A stretch of DNA of 35,233 nucleotides, from positions 1 to 35,233 of the forward strand of contig JBFZBV010000402.1 in NCBI GenBank assembly GCA_041308285.1, read 5' to 3'. How positions within the stretch are numbered: position 1 is the first letter of the stretch; every line of letters begins with the position of its first letter. This DNA is from Planctomycetota bacterium. Its GTDB lineage: Bacteria; Planctomycetota; JAKEIC01; DYIT01. The translations under genes and the position numbers were made by a program. This document shows, piece after piece, positions 23,287 to 33,144 of this stretch. The notes under the pieces were generated by a model. That model was not told the DNA's origin. It worked only from the letters and a program-made list of their open reading frames with translations, and did not search any database.

Positions 23287-24327
23287 ATGGAGCCCAAGAT
23301 GATCATTCCCGCAAAAGCCGCGGCGGCTTTCCTTGCCGCGTTTTTCCTGGTGTCGAGCGCGCCCAGTCTCTGGGCCGGCGAAGAGGCCGGCGAAGGGGAG
23401 GAGCCCCCCCCGAATGCCACGGCCACGGCACGCGACGTTCTTCTCGAAGGCATAACCCTTTTTGATAACAAGAGTTACGACAAAGCCTCGAAATGCTTCG
23501 ACGCCGTAATCGAGAAGGAGCCTGAAAATCCCCTGGCAAGGTTCTACCGGGGGCTCATCAGGGTCGTGAAAATCGACTACGCCGGAGCGCTGGACGACTT
23601 CAACGCCGTCGTCAAAGCGAGGCCGAAGGCGGCGAGAGCGTACATCCAGAGGGGCAGGGCCTTCATGGCTCTGAACCGGTTCGCCGAATCGCAGGAAGAC
23701 TTTAAAAAAGCCCTGGAGACGGATCCAGATGCCGTCAAGACGGATTCGTACCTCAAGCTCGACCTCGAGCAGGCCGCGGACCTCGCCGAGGCGGACAAGA
23801 AGGTGGGTGTAGGCAAGGGGGCGCCGGACCTGAAGCTCATGTCCGCCTCCGGGAAGCCTGCCGCCCTCGCCGACCACAAGGGGAAGGAATACGTTGTCCT
23901 CGTCTTCTACACGACCTACGCTTCCCCCGAATGCCGGGCCCTCCTGTCGCAGTTCAACGAGTCGCAGGAGGAAATGGGCAAGCGGGGCGCCGTCGTCATG
24001 GCGCTGTCCACCGACGCCCTCAAGTGGGGCATAGAACTCGTCGAGAACAAGGGGTTCACAATCAGAATCCTTTCCGACGAGGACGGGAAGACGGTTGCCG
24101 GCTACGGCCTGTCGAACGTGAGGTTCAAGAGCCCTCCCATTTCCCTGCCCGCGACGGTCATCGTGGACAAGGAGGGCAAAGTCGCCTACAGAAAGGTTTC
24201 CTACGATCCGAGAGACAGGGACGGCCCCGAAAAAATCTTGAAAGAGCTCGACGGATTGATAAAAAAGGAAGCCGAGAGCAAGAAGAAGGAAGGGGAGAAG
24301 CCCGCGGAGACCGGCGGAAAGAACTGA
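23287..24327 (+). CDS. Secreted TPR-repeat plus peroxiredoxin/redoxin (AhpC-TSA-like) fusion protein
   Basis: Signal peptide (AAAAFLAAFFLVSSAPSLWA), TPR-like repeats (...ARFYRGLIRV...ARAYIQRGRAFMAL...) and a redoxin fold (VVLVFYTTYASPECRALL...) with a single Cys. Confidence 0.7.
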   Translation: MEPKMIIPAKAAAAFLAAFFLVSSAPSLWAGEEAGEGEEPPPNATATARDVLLEGITLFDNKSYDKASKCFDAVIEKEPENPLARFYRGLIRVVKIDYAGALDDFNAVVKARPKAARAYIQRGRAFMALNRFAESQEDFKKALETDPDAVKTDSYLKLDLEQAADLAEADKKVGVGKGAPDLKLMSASGKPAALADHKGKEYVVLVFYTTYASPECRALLSQFNESQEEMGKRGAVVMALSTDALKWGIELVENKGFTIRILSDEDGKTVAGYGLSNVRFKSPPISLPATVIVDKEGKVAYRKVSYDPRDRDGPEKILKELDGLIKKEAESKKKEGEKPAETGGKN

Positions 24328-24403
24328 GGCCCTGCATCCCGGGCGGTGCCGGGCCGCGTCCGAGCGGTACGCCTGCCTCGCCCGAACCTTGGAGGATTCC
24401 GGC

Positions 24404-25147
24404 ATGGATTTGAATGGGAAGATCGCCGTCGTCACGGGGGGGTCGCTGGGCATCGGGAGGGCAATCTGCGCGGAACTCGCGAGGCTCGGGGCCGACGTCG
24501 CGTTCACGTACAACAGGCATGAAGGCGAAGCGGCGGATCTCTGCAGGGAAATCGAATCCCTGGGCCGGAGAGCCCTCTCCTTCAAGCTCGACGTCTCGTC
24601 GTTCACGGCCGTGCGGGACATGATCACCGAAGTGGCGGCCAAGCTCGGCCGCATCGACATCCTGGTGAACAACGCGGGCATGAACCAGGACGGCGTAATC
24701 TGGAAGATGGAAGAGGACAAGTGGGACAGGGTCCTCGACGTCAACCTCAAGGGCTATTTCAACTTCATACGCCATGTCGCGCCGCTCATGAAGGAGCAGA
24801 AATCCGGCAAGATAGTGAACGTCACGTCCATCAACGGCCTCAGGGGCAAGTTCGGCCAGACCAACTACAGCGCATCCAAGGCCGGAATCATCGGGCTGAC
24901 GAAGGCGGTTGCCAGGGAGCTCGGCGCGTTCAACGTCAACGTCAACGCCGTGGCCCCCGGCCTCATCGAGACCGACATGATGAAGGACGCCCCGGAATCC
25001 GTGAAGGAGGCGGCCCTCGCCGAAATCCTTCTCAAGCGCCTCGGCAAGCCCGAGGAGGTCGCGCACGTGGTGGCGTTCCTTGCGTCGGACTTGGCCAGGC
25101 ACGTCACGGGCGACGTAATCAACGTTTCCGGCGGGCAGTACATCTGA
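24404..25147 (+). CDS. fabG: 3-oxoacyl-ACP reductase-like short-chain dehydrogenase
   Basis: VTGGSLGIGRAI, NNAG and the YSASKAG catalytic motif. A GGAGGA RBS lies upstream. Confidence 0.8.
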   Translation: MDLNGKIAVVTGGSLGIGRAICAELARLGADVAFTYNRHEGEAADLCREIESLGRRALSFKLDVSSFTAVRDMITEVAAKLGRIDILVNNAGMNQDGVIWKMEEDKWDRVLDVNLKGYFNFIRHVAPLMKEQKSGKIVNVTSINGLRGKFGQTNYSASKAGIIGLTKAVARELGAFNVNVNAVAPGLIETDMMKDAPESVKEAALAEILLKRLGKPEEVAHVVAFLASDLARHVTGDVINVSGGQYI

Positions 25148-25186
25148 CATCCGCGCGGGCCGGACGCCTGCGGAAGGAGGATTCCG

Positions 25187-25957
25187 ATGACGGAGTACAG
25201 GAACATCCGATTCGACACCGCGGGGGGGGTGGCCACGATTGGGCTCAACCGGCCGCCGCTCAACGTCCTGAACATCGAGATGATGGGCGAAATCAACTCC
25301 GCCCTCGAAAAAATCTCCCAGAATCCTGCGGTCAAGGTGGCGGTGTTCCGCGGCGAAGGCAAGTGCTTCTCCGCCGGCGTGGACGTGGGTGAGCACACCG
25401 GCGAGCTCGCAGCCAGGATGATTGACGTGTTCCACCGCATGTTCCGCCTGATGGACGCCATGCCCCAGCCCACTGTGGCGGTCCTCCACAAGTCCGCGCT
25501 CGGCGGCGGATGCGAGCTCGCGGCGTTCTGCGACATAGCCCTGGCCAAGGACGACGTGAAAATCGGACAGCCCGAAATCCAGGTCGGCGTCTTCCCGCCG
25601 ATAGCCGCGGCGGCCTTCCCCGCCCTCATGGGCGCGAAGAAGGCCTTCGATCTCATCCTGAGCGGCGCGGTGCTCGGCGCCCGCGAAGCGCTCGAAGCCG
25701 GGCTCGTGAGCCGCGTGTTCGCCTCGGAAGCCTTCGAGGCCGAATCGAAGAAATACCTGGAAAACCTCGCCGGCCTCTCAGGAATCGTCCTCAGAATCAC
25801 GAAGAAGGCAATCAAGGCCGGCAAGGCGCGGTCTTCCCTCGCCACGCTCGGAGAAATCGAGAAAATCTACCTCAACGAGCTCATGGCCACCCACGACGCG
25901 AACGAGGGCCTCAAGGCGTTCCTCGACAAGAGAAAACCCGTGTGGGAGGAGAGGTGA
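25187..25957 (+). CDS. Enoyl-CoA hydratase/isomerase (crotonase) family protein
   Basis: FRGEGKCFSAGVDV and GGGCELAAFCDIALA oxyanion-hole motifs. Confidence 0.85.
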   Translation: MTEYRNIRFDTAGGVATIGLNRPPLNVLNIEMMGEINSALEKISQNPAVKVAVFRGEGKCFSAGVDVGEHTGELAARMIDVFHRMFRLMDAMPQPTVAVLHKSALGGGCELAAFCDIALAKDDVKIGQPEIQVGVFPPIAAAAFPALMGAKKAFDLILSGAVLGAREALEAGLVSRVFASEAFEAESKKYLENLAGLSGIVLRITKKAIKAGKARSSLATLGEIEKIYLNELMATHDANEGLKAFLDKRKPVWEER

Positions 25958-26364
25958 TGCCCGACAAGGCGAAGGACCCCGCTCCCAAGGACAAGGGCGG
26001 CAAGAAGCCCAAGGACTCCGAGTTCTACGAAATCCCTCCGGACCTGAAGGGCGAGTTCGACATGCTCATGTCCGGCAAGCCCAAGGGCGGGCCGGGCGGC
26101 CCGAAGTTCGAGAAGGCCACCAAGGACCGCGTGGCCAGGAAGAGGAACGCGAAGCTCAGCGTCCTGTTCGGCGTCCTCGGAGGATTCCTGATGTTCGCAG
26201 GCCCGGCCCTCGCCGTGGTTTTCGGAATCATGTCGATGCGGAACCGCGCGGACGACAGGGAATCCCCGGCCGGACCGAATCTCGCGCTCGTCGGAATCGC
26301 CTTGGGCTGCGTCATGCTCGTCTGGAACGTCGTGCTGCTGCTCATCCTCCTCAAGGCAATCTGA
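25957..26364 (+). CDS. Small membrane protein with a Lys-rich N-terminus and two TM helices (DUF4190-like)
   Basis: The ATG overlaps the previous stop (TGATG). MPDKAKDPAPKDKGGKKPKD... is followed by LSVLFGVLGGFLMFAGPALAVVFGI and LALVGIALGCVMLVWNVVLLLILL. Confidence 0.6.
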   Translation: MPDKAKDPAPKDKGGKKPKDSEFYEIPPDLKGEFDMLMSGKPKGGPGGPKFEKATKDRVARKRNAKLSVLFGVLGGFLMFAGPALAVVFGIMSMRNRADDRESPAGPNLALVGIALGCVMLVWNVVLLLILLKAI

Positions 26365-26390
26365 CCCGGGCTGGGCGCGGCCCGCGAGCC

Positions 26391-26418
26391 TTGACGCGCG
26401 CGGCAGATCTCACATAAT
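26391..26418 (+). promoter_or_regulatory. Candidate sigma-70 promoter (TTGACG-16-CATAAT) for the Lon-like protease gene
   Basis: -35 at 26391..26396 and -10 at 26413..26418, about 50 nt upstream of the ATG at 26470. Confidence 0.4.
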
Positions 26419-26469
26419 AGCCCACTGTTGTTTCTCGTCTTCGCCCTCGCCGTTTGTTTCGGAGGAGCC

Positions 26470-29064
26470 ATGGCCGCCGTGAAAGCACACCGCCTCGGGC
26501 CGGACCAGCTGCGCTGGAGATGCGATCCCTCCATGTTCAAGTTCAAAAGCACCGAGGAGATAGACCCGATAAAGGGCACGGTGGGCCAGGCGCGGGCGAT
26601 GAAGGCCCTCGAACTCGGGCTCAGTCTCCACACACCCGGCTACAACATCTACGTTTCCGGAATCACGGGGACCGGCAAGACGACCACGGTCAAGAACATC
26701 CTCGACGAAGTCAAGCCCACCAAGGACTTGCCGCCCGAGAGGGCCTACGTGAACAACTTCGTCGATCCGTACAAGCCGAGGCTCCTCACGTTCCCCCAGG
26801 GCCAGGCCGTGAAGTTCCGCGACGACATGGCGGAGTTCCTGGACCACATCACGCGCAACATCCCGCTCATCTTCGAGAACAAGGGCTTCAAGATGAAGCG
26901 CGAGCAGATAATGAAGAAGTACGGCGAGCAGGAGAAGAGCCTCCTCGGCGTTTTCGGCGAGAAGCTCAAGAACGACTCGTTCACCCTGGCGCAGGTCCAG
27001 GTGGGGCCGTTCTCGAGGCCGGAGATATTCCCCGTCTTCGACGGCAAGGCCTACCCCCTCGAGAAGCTCGACGAGATTTCGGAGGAGGTCAAGCTCACAA
27101 AGGAGCAAATCAAGGCCCTTCAGGACAAGTACTCCGACTACCGCAACGAGCTCGAGTCGATACTCGAGAAGACGCGCAACCTCGCGAAGCAGATGGTCAG
27201 GGAGATTGAGGACCTTGCCAGGAAGATGGGCGAAATAGTCATCGACGGCCATTTGAGGGACCTGAAGGTCCGCTACAACAACCCGCAGGTGCACAAGTAT
27301 CTCGGGGAGGTGAGGGAGAGCATCCTCGACAACCTCGAGATCTTCGCGGAGACGGAGCCCGAGGGCAAGCAGAACCAGGAGCGGAGCCAGACCAGGAGCA
27401 TAACGCTCAAGAAGGAGCCCAAGTTCAAGGAATACACGGTCAACATTCTCGTGGACACCCGCGAAGCGAAGGAAGCGCCGGTCGTGATAGAGACCTCGCC
27501 GACCTTCGTCAACCTGTTCGGCACGGTGGATAGGACCTTCGACCACGCAGGCCGGTGGATTACCGACTTCACCATGATTAAAACCGGATCCCTCCTCGCC
27601 GCCGACGGCGGCTATCTCGTCGTGAACGCGATGGACCTTTTCTCCGAGCCCGGGGTCTGGAAGTTCCTGAAGAGGACGCTCAAGAACGGCAAGCTGCTCA
27701 TCCAGCCGGCGGACGCGTACTACTTCTTCGGCAGTTCGACCCTCAAGCCGGATCCGATTGACATCAACGTGAAGGTCATCCTCATCGGCGACTGGAGGCT
27801 CTACCAGATCCTCTACCACCACGAGCCGGACTTCAAGAAGATCTTCAAGGTGATGGCGGATTTCGACACGGTCATGGAGCTCAACGACGAGAACCTGGCC
27901 TACTACGCCGGCCTCGTGTCCAAGATATGCCGCCAGGAGAAGCTCACGCACTTCGCGCCGGCCGGGGTCGCCGCGCTGGCGGAATACGGCGTCTGGCGGG
28001 CGGGCCGAAGGGGCAAGCTCTCCTCGATGTTCTCCGACATCGCGGACATCATAAGGGAGGCGCACTACTGGTGCTCGACTTCCAAGGCCGGCCTCGTGAC
28101 CGAGGAGCACGTGCTCAAGTCCGTGCGCGAGGGAATATTCAGGCACAACCTCCCGGAGGAGAAAATCCAGGAGATGATCGAGGACGGCACGATACTGATA
28201 GACGTCAAGGGCGAGAAGGTCGGCCAGGTGAACGGCCTCGCGGTCTACAGCCTCGGCAACTACTCATTCGGCAGGCCGAACCGGATCACGGCCACGGTCT
28301 CGGCGGGCAGGACGGGCGTCATCAACATCGAGCGCGAGGCGAAGCTCAGCGGCCGCACCCACGACAAGGGCGTCCTCATCCTCTCCGGCTTCCTGCGCAG
28401 CCGCTACGGCCGCAGCAAGCCGATGAACCTCTCGGCAAGCATCTGCTTCGAGCAGTCCTACGGAGGAGTCGAGGGGGACAGCGCGTCATCGACCGAGCTG
28501 TACGCTATCATCTCCGCCGTTGCGGACATCCCGCTCAAGCAGTCCATAGCTGTGACCGGATCGGTCAACCAGTTCGGGGAAATACAGCCCATCGGCGGGG
28601 TGAACCAGAAGGTCGAGGGGTTCTTCAAGGTCTGCCGGGCCGTTGGCCTCGACGGGAAGCAGGGCGTGATTATCCCCAAGCAGAACATCGAGGATCTCAT
28701 GCTGAAGCACGAGGTCGTCGAGGCCGTCAGGGAAGGCAAATTCCACATATACCCCGTGAGCCACGTGGACGAAGGCATGGAAATCCTCACCGGCAAGGTC
28801 ATGGGCAATGCCAGGAAGGACGGCGCCTACCCCAAGGGCACAATCAACGCCATGGTGTTCAAGAGCATAAGCGGCCTCCGGAAGGTCCTCGCCATGGAGG
28901 AGAGCCCTGACATGGAGGAGAAGAAGGCCAGGGCCCGCGCGGGCCGAAGCAAGCGCAGGGGGAAGGCTCCGGGGAAGGGCGGGAAGAAGCCTCAGCCCGG
29001 CAGGAAACCGACTCCGAAAAAGCCTTCGAAATCCGGAGGAAAACGCCCCAAAGGCAGGAAATGA
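26470..29064 (+). CDS. Lon-like (LonB/LonC-type) AAA+ protease with a very basic C-terminal tail
   Basis: Walker A GITGTGKTT and a long helical insertion. The S16 protease domain shows GVEGDSASSTELYAIISA and VTGSVNQFGEIQPIGGVNQKVEGF. GGAGGA RBS. The tail is KKARARAGRSKRRGKAPGKGGKKPQPGRKPTPKKPSKSGGKRPKGRK. Confidence 0.85.
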   Translation: MAAVKAHRLGPDQLRWRCDPSMFKFKSTEEIDPIKGTVGQARAMKALELGLSLHTPGYNIYVSGITGTGKTTTVKNILDEVKPTKDLPPERAYVNNFVDPYKPRLLTFPQGQAVKFRDDMAEFLDHITRNIPLIFENKGFKMKREQIMKKYGEQEKSLLGVFGEKLKNDSFTLAQVQVGPFSRPEIFPVFDGKAYPLEKLDEISEEVKLTKEQIKALQDKYSDYRNELESILEKTRNLAKQMVREIEDLARKMGEIVIDGHLRDLKVRYNNPQVHKYLGEVRESILDNLEIFAETEPEGKQNQERSQTRSITLKKEPKFKEYTVNILVDTREAKEAPVVIETSPTFVNLFGTVDRTFDHAGRWITDFTMIKTGSLLAADGGYLVVNAMDLFSEPGVWKFLKRTLKNGKLLIQPADAYYFFGSSTLKPDPIDINVKVILIGDWRLYQILYHHEPDFKKIFKVMADFDTVMELNDENLAYYAGLVSKICRQEKLTHFAPAGVAALAEYGVWRAGRRGKLSSMFSDIADIIREAHYWCSTSKAGLVTEEHVLKSVREGIFRHNLPEEKIQEMIEDGTILIDVKGEKVGQVNGLAVYSLGNYSFGRPNRITATVSAGRTGVINIEREAKLSGRTHDKGVLILSGFLRSRYGRSKPMNLSASICFEQSYGGVEGDSASSTELYAIISAVADIPLKQSIAVTGSVNQFGEIQPIGGVNQKVEGFFKVCRAVGLDGKQGVIIPKQNIEDLMLKHEVVEAVREGKFHIYPVSHVDEGMEILTGKVMGNARKDGAYPKGTINAMVFKSISGLRKVLAMEESPDMEEKKARARAGRSKRRGKAPGKGGKKPQPGRKPTPKKPSKSGGKRPKGRK

Positions 29065-29223
29065 CCCGATTCCTGCCCCTCCGGCCCGGAACTGGGCAGC
29101 GCCTGCCGGGACTCGGGCGCCGGAGCGCGAACGCGTGAACCGCGCGCGAAGCGCCCCGGCCGCGAGCCTTCGCGCGAATCCCGCGTTCTCCTTCGCCCGC
29201 TTTCCCTCGGGCCATGCAGCGAC

Positions 29224-29251
29224 TTGACTTTCTCTTCCCTTTAATTAATAT
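29224..29251 (+). promoter_or_regulatory. Candidate sigma-70 promoter (TTGACT-16-TAATAT) in an AT-rich patch
   Basis: -35 at 29224..29229 and -10 at 29246..29251, about 120 nt upstream of the kinase ATG. Confidence 0.35.
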
Positions 29252-29371
29252 TTCACTATTACTTTTCGTTTGTTCACAAAGCGTATTCCGACGGGCTGAG
29301 GCCTTCCGGCAGGACGGCAGGGACGAGGGCACGGTCTCTCCGGGTTTTTCATCTGAGAAGAAGAGAAAGAC

Positions 29372-32300
29372 ATGTTCAATTCCGAAGAATTCCTGAGACA
29401 GGCTGCAGTCCAGCGGGCAGGCGCGAACGCTGCGGCGGTCGACAAGGCGATTACCGGGGCCCAGCAGGGCAGGGTTTCCGAAGCCATTGCCAAGGCGGGA
29501 ATTATATCCGAGCAGGATCTGGGCGCCCTGCTCGCCGATTTTGCAAGGAACGAACTCGCCCATGGCAGGAACGCATCGGCGGAATCCGTCCAGTTCGGAA
29601 TGACGCTTCTTCGCAAGGGCAAGGCCAAGGTCCATGACGTCTGGAACGCCGTCAGGGCGCAGGAGCAGGGCCGCGCCGGAGGCAAGGAGCGGTCCCTGGA
29701 CTACTACATCTCCAAGACCACCGACCTCGACCCTGCGATGACCATCGACATCCTCAAGGAAACAGGCAAGGACCTCCTCGTATGCCGCGACTGCGGGCAC
29801 CGCGAAATCGTGACCGGCGCCGAGACGACCGGCGATTTCACCTGCCCCGAATGCTCCGGCGTCCTGGTCCCAGCGGACCAGATACCCAAGGACGAGCTCA
29901 AGAACACCGAGAAGGACGCGGAACCCGATCCTCTGGTGGGCCAGATCATAGCCGAGTGCAAGCTCGAGAAGAAGCTCGGCCAGGGCGGGATGGGCTACGT
30001 CTACAAGGCCAAGCACCTCGCGCTGAACAAGCCCGTGGCCATCAAGTTCCTCTCGGACCACATCCTCAACGAAACCGCGAAGAAACGCTTCCTGAGGGAA
30101 GCCCGGGCCGCGGCCAAGCTCGAGCACGGCAACATCGTCTCCGTCTACAACACCGGCACCGACCAGGGCAAGCACTTCATCATCATGCAGTTCATCGAGG
30201 GCGAGAGCGTCGGCGACAGGCTCAAGCGCACCGGCGCCCTCCCGGTCGCGGAGGCGGTGCGCGTGTGCATCGAGGCGGGCAAGGGCATCGCCGCGGCGCA
30301 CGACGTGGAGATGATTCACCGCGATATAAAGCCCGACAACATCATGGTCGACCGCAAGGGCAACGTCAAAGTCGCCGACTTCGGCCTGGCCAAGGACCTC
30401 ACGGACGACACCGGCATCACGATCTCCCAGCAGGCCATGGGCACGCCGCACTACATGAGCCCGGAGCAGGCCGAGGACGCGCGGACTGCGGACAAGAGGT
30501 CGGATATATACTCCTTCGGCGCCACGATGTACGCCATCCTCGCAGGCAGCGCCCCCTTCCAGGGGACCACCCCGTGGGCAATCATCTCCCAGCACCAGAC
30601 CATGCCGGTGGCCGACATCCGCACGCGCAACACCAACGTGCCCGAAGGCCTCTGGCTCATCATCAAGAAGATGATGGAGAAGAAGAAGGACAATCGCTAC
30701 CAGGACATGAACGACGTAATCCGGGACATGATATCCGTGTACCAGAAGCTCGGCCCCTCCCTCGAGGCCATGTCCGGTCCGCTCCCAAGGGGGCAGTACG
30801 CGGAGATGAAGACTCCCGCGACAATCAGCCCGGACTATTCGCATGCGACGCAGAGCGGCAAGACCGCCGCGCCCGCGCCAGCCTACGCCGGAATGGCCAC
30901 GCCGGCCACAATCGCGCCCCAGGAGGCGCCTGCGAAGGGCAAAGGCAAGCTTCTGATGGGCATCGCCGCGTTCGTGCTTGTCGCGGCCGGCGCCGGAGCG
31001 GCGCTTTACTTCTCGGGCGTCCTCAACCCCAAGGGCGGCGGCGCAGGTGGAGGATCCGCCGACTCCAAGAATCAGAAGGACCCCAATGCCGGCCCGGGCA
31101 CGGATCAGGACAAGACCGGCGGCGGGTCGGGGACAGCCGTACCGGACAAGCCTCCTGCAGATTCCGCCATGGAAGACGCCGCCCGGGAATATCTCAAGGA
31201 CGTAATGACCGAGGTCGACACGCTCGCCGGATCGCAGGACTACGACGACGCCATGGGCAAGCTCGCCAGGTTCCCGGCGAAGTACGAAAAGACCCGGGCC
31301 TGGGACGAGGTCGAGTCGAGAAAGGCCGGGATACTCACGATGGCCGCTGCGACATACAGGAGCAAGCTCGACAGCCTCCGCGTCGACCCCGAGAAATGCT
31401 CCGACGCGCTGAAATCGGCCCGCGAATGGCTGGGCGCTCTCAAGTTCCTCGCCGACTCCTGGAACAAGTCCGGCACGGTGTCCGATTTCATGGCAATCAC
31501 AGGGAAAATCGAAGGCAAGGTGAAGGAAATCGAGAAGCTGGACGCCGAGATGAAGTGGATTTCCGGGACGCGCTCCGGCCTGGATAAGCGGAACGATACC
31601 GACCTCGCCGAGGACCTGAAACGCCTCGATCTCGACTCCAAGGGAGCAGTCCCGGGCTCTGAAAACGCCGCGCGCCTGGCCCTGGCCGACCTCTCCGCCG
31701 AGGCGGAGCGCCGCTCAAAGGCCGGCGCCAGGGAAGACTTCGATAAGGCCCTCGAAAAGGCGCGGAACCTCGCCAGGTCCGGGAACACGGCCGCCGCAAT
31801 CGACGAGCTGAAGCGTTTCGAGTCCTCGCGGGACGAGTCAATCAGGTCCGATGCGGCCAAGGCCGTCGCCGCGATGAAGCAGGCCGCGGACAAGGGCGCG
31901 CTCGACGCCGCCAGGACTGCGTTCGAGAAAGCCAAGGTTGCCGCCGAAGCCCATGCCCGCGCAGGCCGGATTCCCGAAGCGCTCGCTGAAATCGAGTCTT
32001 TCCTTAAGTCGCCCTTCGATGAGATTGCCAGGGCCGCGGAGGCCTTCGCATCCAGCCTCCGCGAACAGAAGGGCCGGCTGGCCGACCTGCTCGAAAAGGT
32101 CCGCAACATCAAGTCGCACCTCGAAACCGGAAAGTGGTCGGATATCGAAAAGGCTGAGGTAATCCTCTCTGCCATGCTCAAGGACGACCATCCCGAAGGG
32201 GTGAAGAATAGGATTTCCGAGGCCGTGAACGATGTAGCCGCGGCGAAACGGTCCAGGATAGAAGCCTTCGAAAAGAGGGGCCTCGTCGTCGTGGCGGCGG

Positions 32301-32914
32301 TCAAGGGCTCGCTTGGATCTGCCGAAACCGAGGACAACAAACCGCACGACGTGGATCTCAGGCCCTTCCTCATCGGCAGGTACGAAGTAACCAACTCGGA
32401 ATACCTCCGGTTCCTCAGGGACACCGGCCGGAAACCGCCGCAGGCATGGCGCAAGTCCGCCATGCAGCCGGGCGAGAAGGACCGCCCTGCAGCGAACATC
32501 TCAGCAGACGAGGCGATCGAGTTCTGCAAGTGGCTCGCGGGTAAAATCGGGCTGAAGCTCAGGCTTCCCACCCCCGACGAGTGGGAGGCCGCGGCGGGAT
32601 TCGACTCCCAGCCCCAGGCCATGAGGAAATACCCCTGGGGGGCCGCGTTCAAGAAGGACGCCGCACACCTGTCGGGCAAGTCCACGGTCGACGTCGGATC
32701 ATTCAAGGACGACCAGAGCCCCTTCGGGTCCTTCGACATGGCCGGCAACGTATGCGAGTGGACCTGCGAACCCGGCGGATCCTTCACTGTTTGCGGGGGC
32801 TGCTACGAGGACGCCGGCGACGAGAAGGCCGCCCGGTGCCACTTCAGGCAGTCGATGCCTAAGGACACGAGGGCGGCCTCCCTGGGCTTCCGCGTGGCCG
32901 CTGATTTGGACTGA
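29372..32914 (+). CDS. Multidomain Ser/Thr protein kinase: N-terminal domain, zinc ribbon, Hanks kinase, TM helix, long helical region, and FGE/SUMF1-type sulfatase-modifying domain
   Basis: CRDCGH...CPECSG, GQGGMGYVYKA, VAIKF, HRDIKPDNIM, DFGLAK and GTPHYMSPE. The TM helix is LLMGIAAFVLVAAGAGAALYF. C-terminal motifs are GRYEVTNSEYLRFL...GNVCEWT...LGFRVA. Confidence 0.85.
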   Translation: MFNSEEFLRQAAVQRAGANAAAVDKAITGAQQGRVSEAIAKAGIISEQDLGALLADFARNELAHGRNASAESVQFGMTLLRKGKAKVHDVWNAVRAQEQGRAGGKERSLDYYISKTTDLDPAMTIDILKETGKDLLVCRDCGHREIVTGAETTGDFTCPECSGVLVPADQIPKDELKNTEKDAEPDPLVGQIIAECKLEKKLGQGGMGYVYKAKHLALNKPVAIKFLSDHILNETAKKRFLREARAAAKLEHGNIVSVYNTGTDQGKHFIIMQFIEGESVGDRLKRTGALPVAEAVRVCIEAGKGIAAAHDVEMIHRDIKPDNIMVDRKGNVKVADFGLAKDLTDDTGITISQQAMGTPHYMSPEQAEDARTADKRSDIYSFGATMYAILAGSAPFQGTTPWAIISQHQTMPVADIRTRNTNVPEGLWLIIKKMMEKKKDNRYQDMNDVIRDMISVYQKLGPSLEAMSGPLPRGQYAEMKTPATISPDYSHATQSGKTAAPAPAYAGMATPATIAPQEAPAKGKGKLLMGIAAFVLVAAGAGAALYFSGVLNPKGGGAGGGSADSKNQKDPNAGPGTDQDKTGGGSGTAVPDKPPADSAMEDAAREYLKDVMTEVDTLAGSQDYDDAMGKLARFPAKYEKTRAWDEVESRKAGILTMAAATYRSKLDSLRVDPEKCSDALKSAREWLGALKFLADSWNKSGTVSDFMAITGKIEGKVKEIEKLDAEMKWISGTRSGLDKRNDTDLAEDLKRLDLDSKGAVPGSENAARLALADLSAEAERRSKAGAREDFDKALEKARNLARSGNTAAAIDELKRFESSRDESIRSDAAKAVAAMKQAADKGALDAARTAFEKAKVAAEAHARAGRIPEALAEIESFLKSPFDEIARAAEAFASSLREQKGRLADLLEKVRNIKSHLETGKWSDIEKAEVILSAMLKDDHPEGVKNRISEAVNDVAAAKRSRIEAFEKRGLVVVAAVKGSLGSAETEDNKPHDVDLRPFLIGRYEVTNSEYLRFLRDTGRKPPQAWRKSAMQPGEKDRPAANISADEAIEFCKWLAGKIGLKLRLPTPDEWEAAAGFDSQPQAMRKYPWGAAFKKDAAHLSGKSTVDVGSFKDDQSPFGSFDMAGNVCEWTCEPGGSFTVCGGCYEDAGDEKAARCHFRQSMPKDTRAASLGFRVAADLD

Positions 32915-33144
32915 TTCGGCGGTTTGGTTCTGGAGGGCCGCGAAGCCGCCTCGGGTGCATGCTTGCCCCTTCGGCGGTCGGCCGCGCAACCGGAGACCGG
33001 GTTCCGCAGCGCGGCGCGAAAACAAGCAGGCCGGGTCTGCAGCGGAATCAATATTCAAGGTCCGGCCCCCTCTGAATTCGGGACCGGAATTTAAGTCAAT
33101 AGTCAAGGTGTGACCCCCTGAAAGGGGCCATTGCTGGGGGAAAA

